A stretch of DNA of 64,000 nucleotides. Origin: Lingula anatina (taxonomy: Eukaryota; Animalia; Brachiopoda). The notes beneath the pieces are model-generated. The model saw nothing but the letters and a program-made list of their open reading frames with translations. It did no database searches and was not told the origin of the DNA. The position numbers and the translations under genes were made by a program. The DNA lies in the NCBI GenBank assembly GCA_051362555.1, contig CM120640.1, forward strand, positions 44,308,788 through 44,372,787, given 5' to 3'. Shown here piece by piece: positions 54,301 through 63,857 of the stretch (positions within the stretch are counted from its first letter, which is position 1; every line of letters starts with the position of its first letter).

Positions 54301-55324
54301 CATTTGTCTCATGCAGAGAAATAACAACCCTAAACAACCTTTGCAGCCACACCCCTTCCCTGATTACCCCTGGCAAACAGTTGCCACTGATTTGTTTACA
54401 TGGGATGGAAAGGATTTTATAGTTGTAGTTGATTATTACAGTCGATACTTTGAGGTAGCTCAACTTACCTCCACTCAAAGTTATCAGGTAATCAGCAAGT
54501 TAAAGGTTATGTTTGCTAGATTTGGAATCCCAGAAACTGTCATTTCAGACAATGGTCCTCAGTACGCCTCTCAGGAGTTCACTGATTTCTCCAAGCAATA
54601 TGATTTCAAACATGTGACCTCCAGCCCCAATTACCCTCAGTCCAACGGACTAGCTGAGAAATATGTCCAAATTGTAAAAAAACTGTTTGAAAAGTCAAAG
54701 TCTGATAAATCTGACCCTAATTTGGCCTTATTGGAATACAGGGTGTCCCCCCTTGACATCGGATACTCCCCAGCGCAGTTATTACAAGGACGGCAGTTGC
54801 GTTCTGTTTTACCTGCCACCAATCAACAGTTGTGTCCCCAGTTCATTGATCCTGGAAAGGTCAAACATAAGATAGATTCAAGTCGTCAAAAGCAGAAGAA
54901 ATTTTATGACCATGGTTCCCGACCCCTTCCCCCTATAACTGTAGGTGAGTCAGTCAGATTTCAGCGAAATGACAAGTTATGGAAACCTGCCAATGTCATT
55001 GATAAGGTGAATGAAAATTCATTTGTTTTACAAGCTCCTAATGGTGGTATATATCGACGTAACAGGCGTCATATTCTCAAAACAAAAGAGCCCAATGTTC
55101 CTCATGACACTGACCCACAAGTGCCTATTTGCACTGAGAATCTGGTTAATAAATCCAGTGATCTTAAAATTCTAGCAGATCACCCAAAGCCTGCTGTAAA
55201 TGCCCCAGTTAAGTCCCCAGTTAAAGTCAAATCAACCCCTCAGAAAGATGAATGTCATTCGCCCCAGCCCTATGTAACACGAGCTGGCAGAGTTTGCAAA
55301 CAAAAAATTATAGAATCTATGTAA
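51317..55324 (+). CDS. Gag-Pol polyprotein (Gag with zinc knuckles, aspartic protease, RT, RNase H, integrase)
   Basis: First ATG at 51317 (MELTGIP). Motifs: CNNCKKFNHFAKKC knuckle; KIDTGSQVN protease; RVCLDPKDLN, LPFGL and LVDD RT; TDASKYG, YAQIEKE and TDHKPL RNase H; H-H-C-C, VDYYS, SDNGPQY and SNGLAE integrase. Order PR-RT-RH-INT defines Gypsy. Confidence 0.95.
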   Translation: MELTGIPTPSMDWSASNLPEQWKKFHSLEELIFNGPLKEKEEKVKVTYLLLWIGDKGREIKSTWTNLDEPDKLQSYYDRFKAHVQPKLNPIFARFKFNNETQGASTVEQFITRLRTLAVDCAYTNAEEMIRDRIVFGTSSEKVREKLINEGDKLTLDKAVQIAQSYEYSMEQLKTMGKEVSSIKKQPPRTGNWRHVNRQKKQQKQDRHECDNCGYERAKTDRCPAKGKQCNNCKKFNHFAKKCRKSIAKKHVNELQALPDQPNSDSDSDSQFIVDSIDTSEGLDQAFCHVEIGPAKINVKFKIDTGSQVNILPKHVFDSIGHVDDLKPPSQKLTAYNGHSLKNLGSANFTCQYKKKSIGLLFHVVDTESSPILGMKACMDLCLIKLVYACDVDADLKRELVGKRDSSKPSQNLNKSEFGKDQILHEYKDVFEGIGLFPGECVIHTDPDVIPVVHPPRKVPHALHEKLKNELERMEKLDVICKVTEPTEWVNSLVIVEKPESSSGKVRVCLDPKDLNRAILRPHYPPRTLEEVLPQLAGAQYFSKLDARSGYWTIKLSTESSYLTTFNTPFGRYRYLRLPFGLRSSQDEFQRRVDESFEGLDGIIALVDDIIVFGKNREQHDRNLRNVLQRSRECGIKLNREKMEIGVTKVKYFGHIITSKGLEPDPEKVKAIREMKAPTNKKELETFLGMVTYLAKFAPNLSEITSPLRKLLAKDMIFHWIDEHEKALNEVKEVITAAPSPTLTYFDPSQVTTLQTDASKYGLGAALLQDGKPIAYASKALNTSEINYAQIEKEMFGIVFGCKRFHQYVYGRKVVVETDHKPLIPIFKKPLNTAPPRLQVIYKPGTQIPLADTLSRNFVKDTYPELAKGMDAHVHAVLSKIPISDRKLDEIRQETEQTEQFQTLRKTVLNGWPVKRSDCPSEIIEFWNHRDELSYIDGLLLKGQKVIVPQKLRVKMLHSIHTGHKGIEKCQKRARSAIFWPGMSGDINDFVSKCPICLMQRNNNPKQPLQPHPFPDYPWQTVATDLFTWDGKDFIVVVDYYSRYFEVAQLTSTQSYQVISKLKVMFARFGIPETVISDNGPQYASQEFTDFSKQYDFKHVTSSPNYPQSNGLAEKYVQIVKKLFEKSKSDKSDPNLALLEYRVSPLDIGYSPAQLLQGRQLRSVLPATNQQLCPQFIDPGKVKHKIDSSRQKQKKFYDHGSRPLPPITVGESVRFQRNDKLWKPANVIDKVNENSFVLQAPNGGIYRRNRRHILKTKEPNVPHDTDPQVPICTENLVNKSSDLKILADHPKPAVNAPVKSPVKVKSTPQKDECHSPQPYVTRAGRVCKQKIIESM

Positions 55325-55529
55325 TTTTTGCAAAGTGATATAAAAGACTTTAGAGGAAATTACCCTTGGACAAAAGGATATGAACTTAACTTTATCAAGA
55401 ATTTTTTCAATGACAGTATATGTTCACTATTGGATACACATATCTGACAGGCAGGACTAACAAGCACATATTGCCAGTGCAGGGATATTTCACCAAGACT
55501 ATGACTGTTAACACCCAGGACATTTGATT

Positions 55530-55542
55530 GAAGAAAGGGAGA
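55530..55542 (+). promoter_or_regulatory. Polypurine tract
   Basis: GAAGAAAGGGAGA directly before the 3' LTR. Confidence 0.88.
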
Positions 55543-55821
55543 TGTAACATTATCTTCTTGTTTTTGGTAAATGTCATCAAAGTTCACAAGCTTCCATTAG
55601 TGGCATTCTTTGAATGACCCTTGGTCACCTACAGATTACACTTGATGACAGTTCTCAGCCATTGTTAAAGTAAACAGGTGTTCCTCATACTTTTTAATGT
55701 ACATGTATATACAAGCCTAGCACTTCACAATAAACTTTCGTAGAAGTCAGACGCATTGTTGTTGTCTCTCTCCTGAATAGAGTCCGGCACGTTGGACTCA
55801 GTAAAGAGCCATCTTATTACA
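55543..55821 (+). repeat. 3' LTR (279 bp)
   Basis: Direct repeat of 50962-51240, followed by TSD TCCTC. Confidence 0.96.
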
Positions 55822-57151
55822 TCCTCCAAGACAGTACTCAATGAAAGATCACTGGTTTCCTCACCACTAGCACTCAGAACGTCATAGATATTTTTATCAA
55901 TAGGACTATTGGGGTTTCCTTTCCTTCCTTTTTTTCCCATGATGAATATTTATATTTACCTCGTTGTAATACTCTACTTAAAAAAACTACTCACAAACGG
56001 TGACCTGGATACTATGATTACGTGTCTTTGTGCTAGAATGGCACAAGATGACTGAGGAATTTTGATCAAGAACTTCCAAACTAAAAGTCACTAGAGGTTG
56101 ACAAATTTACCGTTGTAATCCTGAGGCATTCACGTAGACCGTTGTCCTAGTTAGACGATGAAACTGTGGGTGAGAACGTGGTAAAAGTCAAAAATGTAGG
56201 AGCTCAAAAATTTTTCTCTAGGGCACCCACATTCAGAAGAACACTTAATCATGATATCTGTATTTTGCTATCGTCAAAAATATAAATAAGTAGTTCGACA
56301 CCTGGGTGTACCCAGAGCCACATTAATTTTCACAGTATATAAACACCAATGGGCACGTGTAGTGGTAACAATATTTTATTTATATCGCTCACTACAAGTA
56401 CATGTAGTAATGGAGCGGTCGTTGACTTGATTTAGTGAATTAAATTAAGCCGTCCTTTCCCAAGTAGTCTAATGACCGTGAGGTTACCATCTCAAATGAC
56501 TTCTTGAACATATTGCCGCTGATGAACACGAGCACATAAATAGTGTGAAAGCTGCGATAAGGTGAGTCATTTTCTTCTTGACACCAAGATGTAGCCAATT
56601 TTATACCCTAAATTCCATGCTGAGAATCCTTCGACATTTTCTTCGATATTCGTGGCATACGTAGACATATAATCACAATACAGTAATCATTTGGGGAAAA
56701 TTGTGAATTTTACAGATACTGATCATAAATTCTAAAAATTAGTGAAATTCCTATTAAGTGATAACAAAATTAAAAAACAGGTTTACTCTCTAAGCGCTAT
56801 TGTATACGGTAAAACACCAAAAATGCTACACGGAAATATAACTCTAATGATTCCAAAATTAGGTATCTAAAAGATGGATCATTTTTGCCCATTGAAAAAA
56901 TCGAGTCATTTCCGTACTCATCAGCCACATGTATAAAATACATCAGCAGTAGGCCGTTGCAAAAATTAGATTCAGAAATAATATACAATGGCTCAGTTAT
57001 CATTGAGGCTGTTGTAAAAGAAATTTGCATCCATGCCTCGATAAGGTTTGGTTCTACATGTATTTCATAATTAATAAGTTAATTCCCTTCAATGTTTCTC
57101 GGGTCGATAACACTAGTACTCCACAAAAACAGCGGACGTTTTATAGTGTCT

Positions 57152-59519
57152 TTAAAGGCTCTCTGTGTAAACCTTTGGTGAGTTTTCAATATTCGACATG
57201 GAGGGTCTGGGGCTTACTCCTTTTTGTCCTTTTCTTTTTGAGATAAAATACCAGAGTAGTAGCCCGGTTAAACCCAGCAAGACCAACCCTCCTAAGCTTG
57301 CTCCGACCGCTATGGGAACGATATCCTGTTGACCTCCTGCTCCCCCAGTTTGCTTCTCGACGCCATTCTTACCTGCGCTGGTACCATGGTTGGAAGCCGT
57401 TGTCGCAGACACCCGATTAGAAGAACTCTGAGAAGTTGTCTGTTCGAAAGTGGCGGTTTTGAAGACATTTTCCAAGCTAGAGGTGACTTGTTCTGTGAAG
57501 GAAGAGTTCGTATTGAAGTTTGCTTGGGATTGCGCTTGCGTCACGGGCACCTTCCCAGGGTGCGGATTTGTAGAAGACGACAATGTTGGTGATGCACCAT
57601 TGACTTGACTTGTCGGAATTATGGTCTGTGATTTCGTAGAAATCTTTCCTGGGACTAAAGGTAGGTTGGAGGTTGGCATATTGGGGGCGGTACTACCTTT
57701 TGTTGGTCTGCTTGTCGGTGGCGCTGTTGTTTTAATACCTGTACGCGTAGTTTGTTTGGGATTTTTGGACTGTGATTTCGTAGTCTTTCCTGGGACTACA
57801 GGTAGCTTGGAGGTTGGCGTATTAGTGGTGGTGCTGCTTTTTGTCGGTCTGCTTGTCGGTGGCGTGGTGGGTATTGTATGTGAAGACCAAACATGAATGG
57901 GGTGAGTCTGGCTCATCGTGGGCACCATAGGAACCGGTGTAGGTGGGGCCACCGTCGGCTTTGGTGGTACCAAAGTGGGAACAATGATATGGGGAGTAGG
58001 TATCGGTGGTGCCAAAGTTGGCATTGCAGGAAAAGATGTCTGTTTTGCAGGTGTAGGGCTGACTCTGGTGGTCTGCATGGGGATGGTTGATATCATCTGA
58101 GTGACTGTCGTGGTGGGGGTTGGTGTGGTTGTGATGGTGGTGGCTTTGGTGGTGGTTGTGGTGGCCATAGTCGTGGTGGTTGTGGTTGTGGTAGTTTTGA
58201 CGGTTGTCGTTGGACAGGTAAGATGTTGACCCTCTATAAAAAACATATGATAAATGAATAAGGTGAGATGAAATGAAACCGTATAAAAATAGAAATGATC
58301 TCAGATAGTAACTTTCTAGAAACAAGACTGTAACTCTGTATATTTATAGACACTGGAAAGAAATACGAAAGTATTAACACGCAAAAATGGTGAATACGTA
58401 CTGTTGTGCAAAAGACTGTAATTCTACAGATATATCAGAAAACAACCAAAAAAATATTGGTATCGGCAGATCAATTATGCCAGCGCTTTTATCTGTTGCT
58501 GCATGGCATTACACATGTAGCTACTCAATCTATCTATCATTATTCCTCATCCCATTCTCTTCCAAACCCAACGAAACCACCCTAAATTTTAAACTCATTT
58601 GCGAGACTTAGGTCTATCTCAGAGGATTCCCATAAGTGCCATGAAAAGTAATGAAATACCATGACTGGTTTTTTTCTGTCTAACAATCTAAAATATATTT
58701 TAAAATCATTTATTCAAACCCACCTCACATACACACAGTGTACACCCAGTACTCACCATCACACTGGAATAACTTCAAATCATCCACTGCGATGTCACTT
58801 ATTGTAGTGCCAGTCGTGTCGACAGCTTCAATTATAATCTAAATAATTGATGTAATAGTATTTATTTAAAATATGATCATCAATCTTTTTATTTTGCTAA
58901 CGCTGTTGAATTCATCACTAGTACAAGATATGATAAAATATACCGTAAAAATTATGTGCTGAAATTAACTGAATTGATTGGATTACCTGGAATGGTTGTG
59001 TTTGACATGGGATAGTCATGTTGCCATGGATCCATACATCTTTATGGTTACCCTGATCACTGAATACCGGTGTTAAATTCTTAGAGCCTTTAGCCTGGAT
59101 GTAGACATTCAATTGGCCAATATCTAAAAGAAAAAACATCAATTGTTCGCTGCTTAATTTGAGAGTGAAGGGGTGAAAAGAATGTCACGTCAAATTTCAA
59201 TCTTGTATATTCATGTATATGAATAACTAATAGATTAATTAGCGTCAACGCATCCTTCCTGTGATACATGTATTAATCAATACCAAGTAAGCCGTATGTA
59301 ATTTTCAAACAGCAATGTTATTACCAAGCGAATATGATTTGAATGATTTTCAAGCTTACTTACGATCGTCTTGACTGAGTCCGAAATCGAAAGGTTTATC
59401 AAACATATGATACCAGAGTTCGAAGCAACTGCGACTTTGTTCTGGTTGAAACAAAGGTGACATCAGGTGCACTTTATCATTCTTGGCCGTGTGACTTGAT
59501 TCCATATATATGAAAAACC
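57152..59519 (-). CDS. MAM-domain / T,P-rich mucin-stalk type I membrane protein (MAM gene 3), 5'-partial
   Basis: Exons 59519-59364 (GFFIYMESS...CFELWYHMFDKPFD), 59123-58987 (IGQLNVY...GNHKDVW), 58838-58757 (IIIEAVD...DIAVDDLKLFQCD) and 58233-57152 (stalk of about 300 aa, TM IVPIAVGASLGGLVLLGLTGLLLWYFI, tail). Phases are compatible. The signal-peptide and first MAM exons were not found before 64000. Confidence 0.85.
57626..57870 (-). repeat. Internal coding duplication in the MAM gene 3 stalk
   Basis: PPTSRPTKSSTTTNTPTSKLPVVPGKTTKSQ and PPTSRPTKGSTAPNMPTSNLPLVPGKISTKSQ. Confidence 0.8.
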
Positions 59520-59654
59520 CTAAACATATATATGAAATATACATGTTAGTAATATTAATACAAATGATCATTTAAACGTACTCTGCCATTTCGTTTCTAC
59601 AGATCATGAACATCAAATTGAAATTAACGTCATATTATACATGTAGGTAAGATA

Positions 59655-59775
59655 CTTCATGGTATATTACCACTTCATAGGATAAATGCCCTGATTTTAT
59701 TGACAAATCGACTTCATAGGATAAAATGCGACTTCATCTCCAATAAGATATTGCCTGCGACTTCATGGGATAATG
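59655..59775. repeat. Short degenerate repeat of ACTTCAT(A/G)GGATAA
   Basis: 4-5 dispersed copies within about 120 bp. Confidence 0.55.
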
Positions 59776-59783
59776 GTGAAAAA

Positions 59784-59860
59784 CAGTGGAGGATTTAGAG
59801 AGGGGGGGTCGTATCCGCGTACCCCCCCCCCCCTTTCAAATAATCTTGGATCCGCCCCTG
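59784..59860. mobile_element. Tiny hAT-like MITE, 77 bp
   Basis: CAGTGGAGGAT ... ATCCGCCCCTG termini. Flanks GTGAAAAA / GTAAAAAA form an 8-bp TSD with one mismatch. Internal G-run/C-run hairpin. Confidence 0.7.
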
Positions 59861-60073
59861 GTAAAAAAGGAGCCTACTGTTGGTCCTGCGTTTTGGAAGA
59901 TAATGTTTTTAGAAAGGCATGTTTTTGTACTGTAAATACTATTCAACATAGGTAATAACTGTACGGATGAATTATAGGCTATTAACAAACATGTATGAAT
60001 GCACAGGATTTCTGTAGAAAGATTAGTACTACTGGGTGAATGTCTTAAGCAATTTAAGATACTCAGGCATAAA

Positions 60074-60617
60074 CAGGCGCGGAGCCAGGATTTCTGAAAA
60101 GGGGGGGGGGGTCCAGAGGCGTCGACATTTGGCAGGGGGGGGCATACACGCAGAGTATCGGTAGGCTATTGGATTATAAGATGAATAGATAATGTTTATT
60201 AAATAAATATTTAAAAAATGTTAATGCCATTAGAAGCATTGAATGTATACATCTGTATATTCCAATCGTCTTGATCAATTCGATCGCTCTCTGAAAATAC
60301 TAATTTCCATGAGGCAAGACTTGCGCAAGTGTAATGCTTTACGTCGCGTCACTCTCAACATATTAGTACAGAATGAAACATTATATCCATTGCCGGATTT
60401 GGGGGGGGGGGGGAGGGGTCCTGACCCCCTTTTTAGTCTCTAAAAAGATTAGACTCATTTTCCCCTCTTGGAATAAGAATTTTGACTGGCTGATTTATAG
60501 TTCTAAACATTACCAAATGGCTTCAGTGGGCCCCGAACCCCATGCCAACGGATGGAGGGGGACGGGTCGGCTTCGCGTCTGCGGACCCCCCTTCAAATAT
60601 TCCTGGATTCGCCCCTG
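60074..60617. mobile_element. CAGG-terminated MITE, about 544 bp, possibly composite
   Basis: Imperfect TIRs CAGGCGCGGAGCCAGGA ... TCCTGGATTCGCCCCTG with G-runs inside. No clear TSD. Confidence 0.6.
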
Positions 60618-60703
60618 ATGTTGACCTTTTCGCCTAATTTCCTCACCAAACCAGACCTGAAACGCGGTCAGTACTTGCACAAGCGCGAACAAGTGGTACC
60701 AAG

Positions 60704-60751
60704 ATGGACTTCTTTATTCTGCTGGCTATGATGCTCTTATTTGGAATGAAG
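60704..60751 (+). CDS. Candidate first coding exon (signal peptide) of an unidentified plus-strand gene
   Basis: AAGATGG start context, translation MDFFILLAMMLLFGMK, then AAG|GTAAGA donor. No downstream exon was identified. Confidence 0.35.
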
Positions 60752-60959
60752 GTAAGAAACATTTTTTCACATTTTTAATATAAATATTGGTTAAAATATT
60801 ACGATGTGAAGGGTCACAAGTTTTTTTTTAATATCCAGATGCAAATAAATTAAGAGGGTTGGGATTTGCCTCTGTGAACCAAACATGAAACTTATTGAAA
60901 TTTGGTTATGAAATGGTTATGTATTCAATGAACACATGATCAGCTAAGAAAATGTCTAA

Positions 60960-61190
60960 AGCCTAGGTTACATTTACACGGGAGCCGTGCGATCAATTGT
61001 CCATACGATTTTTTAAAAATATCGTAGGGGGCTACAGGCTACGCCGAGTATGTCTACATTACATGGCCTCAAATCAGTACGATTCCGTGCGATTTCGCAC
61101 GGCCAACGTCTACGACTTACGGAAAGGGTATTACGGGCCCTATACGTGCACCGTACGACTATATTAATTACAAAACGCGAGAAAAAACCT
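60960..61190 (+). mobile_element. Truncated PIF/Harbinger-like non-autonomous fragment
   Basis: TAA followed by AGCCTAGGTTACAT..., then repeated CCGT(G/A)CGA / TACGA motifs. No matching right terminus was found. Confidence 0.35.
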
Positions 61191-61804
61191 CCATGTTCCT
61201 AGAATTGAAAAGAAGAATTGTTATTTTCCCCGGGTTCCCCTCAACTAAAATCAAAGGTTCAGTAAAAACACAATGTTCTCTTAATTTGATTTTTTTTGTT
61301 TTGGATTTTTGGTAAGCTTTTGTTACCCTTTACTTATTCTTTTGGTATATTCTAAGTGGCGGTCCAAGGAACTTTGGCGAGCGGGCAGGGGGGGGGGGGG
61401 TGTCATGGTCAGACCTATTACTGGAGGGATCCAAGTAACGTTTTTAAGTCATCCCCATTTCATAGGCTCTATCGGTTTTAGCTTACTACATTTTTCTTAT
61501 TTTGTCTCCTATACTCGCATCAGATATACTGCTCAAGTAAGGACATATTAAACATAAACTCAAATGAAAACAGAATCATAAAATCATTTCATGTTTAAGT
61601 CACTTTCAGGTCACCCCCAGGGGATGGGTTAATCTGAAATGGGGGGCAACTTGAAATCGGCGGGGTATGAGTGCGTGGTAGAGAACAGGGAGGGGCTACA
61701 ACTTCTCAATTTCCTTTATTATGTACAGACACAGATGTGTCTGTACATATAGCCATCATCTGCGTCTGTCGTCGCCGTCGTCGCCGTCGTCGCCGTGCAC
61801 TTTT

Positions 61805-62430
61805 ACCGATAACACGATAAGTGGAAAACCATTTTACCTTTTGACTTGAAACTTGCAGAACTGATGAATATTCATAATACGCAGGTTAAGTTCGAAAATC
61901 AGCATGATCGGGTCACTTTTAGGGAATTTATGCTGTTTTTTCACTTTTTTCAGCATATATGCAGCACCGATAACACGATAAGTGGAAAACCATTTTACCT
62001 TTTGCCTTGAAACTTACAGAACTGATGAATATTCATAATACGCAGGTCAAGTTCGAAAATCAGCATGATCGGGTCACTTTTAGGGAATTTATGCTGTTTT
62101 TTCACTTTTTTTCAGCATATATGCAGCACCGATAACACGATAAGTGGAAAACCATTTTACCTTTTGACTTGAAACTTACAGAACTGATGAATATTCATAA
62201 TACGCAGGTCAAGTTCGAAAATCAGCATGATTGGGCCATTTTTAGGGAATTTATGCTGTTTTTTCACTATTTTCAATATTAATACAACACTGATAACACA
62301 ATATAAGAAAAACGGATTGGCCAATTGTAATCATACTCACAGGAGTGGTCAATCTTACTAAAACGCAGGTTGAGTTCGAAAATCAGCATAATCAGGCCAT
62401 TATTTTAGAAGTTATACTGTTTTTCACATT
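61805..62430. repeat. Tandem repeat of about 161 bp (3 near-identical units plus 1 diverged)
   Basis: Units start ACCGATAACACGATAAG at 61805, 61966 and 62128; the diverged unit starts at 62289. Confidence 0.92.
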
Positions 62431-62828
62431 TCCTCAGATTCAATTATTAGGCATGTTAACAGTCTCATTATTTAACTAATAAGATGCCTAAAAGTGTTTG
62501 TTTGATATTTCCTGCATCTTTACAACATTGTCAGTTGATTATGTAAAAAACATGGTAAACTTGTTATCATGTATTGTGTAATAAAGTGTCAAAAATGGAA
62601 ATAAACTCATATCATTGCAGTTTGTCAGATTCATCATCCACTATGTTCAGAATCTCAGAATGGAGGAAATTGGACATTTAACACTGTTCTATTGATACTT
62701 TTCCCATCTCATCAATTTTCTTAGTTGGTCATATAAAATGGCAGTAAAATGTTTATTTTGTTTTATGTTAAAAAAGTGTTAAAAATGGAAATAAACCCAT
62801 TTCAGAACAGTGCTGTCTTGTTTACATT

Positions 62829-63516
62829 TTGGCATTTTCAAGGCGTGACTTTGAAGTTCCATGGGCCTGAAGACCTTTGCTAGTCACATTTTCTGAATAT
62901 CTGTGAAACAAATATTTTATAATTAAAAATTGATGGTCATTAAGCTGTTAAACATTATGTAATATTGCATCAAAATTTGAAGAAACCCCTATTTTGGGCA
63001 CTGCTTCCATGATGACCATTTAAGGAAAATCATGTCACTTACTGTTCTCAAACTTACAGGAAAGAAACATGGGACTAAAATACAGCTTCAGTAGGCAATG
63101 CAGTCTGTTTGGTATTTTTATTTATTTATTTATTTATTTTGGCAGTTAAACAGTTTTTTGTGAAAATTTAATTTTTCACATATTGGCATTTTCAAGGTGT
63201 GACTTTAAAGTTCCATGATCTTGAAGACTTTTGCTTGTCACATTTTCTGAATGTCCATGTTACTAATATTTTATTAATAACATTTGATTGTCATTATGCT
63301 GTTAAACATTATGTAATGTTGCATCAAAATTTGAAGAAACCCCTATTTTGGGCACTGCTCCTATGATGACCATTTAAGGGAAATCATGTCACTTACTGTT
63401 CTCAAACTTACAGGAAAGAAACATGGGTCTAACATACAGCTTCAATAGGCAATGCAGTCTGTTTGGTAAATTTTTCTGGCAATTTAACAGTTTTTTGTGA
63501 AAATTTAATTTTTCAC
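62829..63516. repeat. Two-copy tandem repeat, about 354-bp unit
   Basis: TTGGCATTTTCAAGG(C/T)GTGACTTT starts at 62829 and 63183, with colinear similarity throughout. Confidence 0.9.
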
Positions 63517-63814
63517 TTATTTGCATCTTTATTTTCTGTTCTTTGTCTGTACATTTGACAGCTTTGCTGCCTTGTTTCACTATCCGTTTGTTAAGATCTT
63601 AACGTAAACTTCCACCTATTATCACCTCATTTGTCTTCATCTTGTCCTCGTCCGCTGTCAGAGGCCAGCCTTATCTATTTCTGACCTCTGCACAGCATTG
63701 ACCAAGACCAAAACACGGAAAAATCAAGTAATGGATCAAAAGGGCGTTACGCGACAATGTGCAGAGTATAAAATCTAGTCTAAGATCATTCACAGTAAAA
63801 ACATTGTAAAGTAA

Positions 63815-63817
<3 letters not shown>

Positions 63818-63856
<39 letters not shown>
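63818..63856. repeat. (TAA)n microsatellite
   Basis: Perfect AAT run. Confidence 0.92.

Positions 63857-63857
<1 letters not shown>

Larger units (their letters stand above)
50962..55821 (+). mobile_element. Full-length Ty3/Gypsy (Mag-like) LTR retrotransposon, 4860 bp
   Basis: Two 279-bp LTRs (TG...CA), 5-bp TSD TCCTC (50957-50961, 55822-55826), PBS, PPT and a single gag-pol ORF. Confidence 0.97.
50025..55940 (-). pseudogene. LINE ORF1 (coiled-coil plus putative nucleic-acid-binding region), split by the Gypsy insertion
   Basis: 55940-55827 (MGKKGRKG...LSTVL) joins 50961 onward in frame (EETNKVLY...EIKQK) once the LTR element and one TSD copy are removed. An extra A in the A-run near 50811 shifts the frame before MDYMLKEVIK. 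Stop TAG at 50027-50025. Confidence 0.8.
46098..56230 (-). mobile_element. Near full-length non-LTR retrotransposon (LINE, RTEX/RTE-group-like), disrupted by two nested insertions
   Basis: ORF1 plus APE endonuclease/RT ORF2. 3' end has AATAAA followed by an (ATGAA)n tail at 46098-46133. The 5' boundary is approximate and no TSD was found. The clade call rests on the YECEIWG-type and RLSSH...IETGRY...CxxC..VEDEFHF..C C-terminal motifs and is inference. Confidence 0.85.
61716..63577 (+). mobile_element. Helentron-associated non-autonomous element (HINE/DINE-1-like) carrying tandem repeats
   Basis: 5' TTATT plus subTIR ATGTACAGACA (61721-61731), its nearby inverted copy (61738-61748), a (GTCGCCGTC)n microsatellite and central tandem repeats. 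The 3' end has subTIR TGTCTGTACAT (63544-63554), short hairpin CAGCTTTGCTG and TTGTTT. Confidence 0.8.

Noticed and set aside
55360-55587. Two minus-strand ORFs starting MNFDDIYQKQEDNVT (also 50770-51006)
   Set aside because: The identical starts are just the two LTR copies read antisense. The rest of 50770-50961 is LINE ORF1.
57152-57180. ITIM or class I PDZ motif at the gene 3 C-terminus (KVYTESL)
   Set aside because: Spacing fits neither (S/I/V/L)xYxx(I/V/L) nor S/T-x-hydrophobic-COOH.
57205-57225. GGA|GTAAG donor in the MAM gene 3 tail suggesting a further exon
   Set aside because: The sequence past it (VSPRPSM...NSPKV) aligns with the gene 2 tail (VAPVPSM...NSVKV), so the exon most likely runs to the stop at 57152.
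61805-62430. CRISPR-like array
   Set aside because: Units are contiguous 161-bp repeats without unique spacers, in eukaryotic context with no cas genes.
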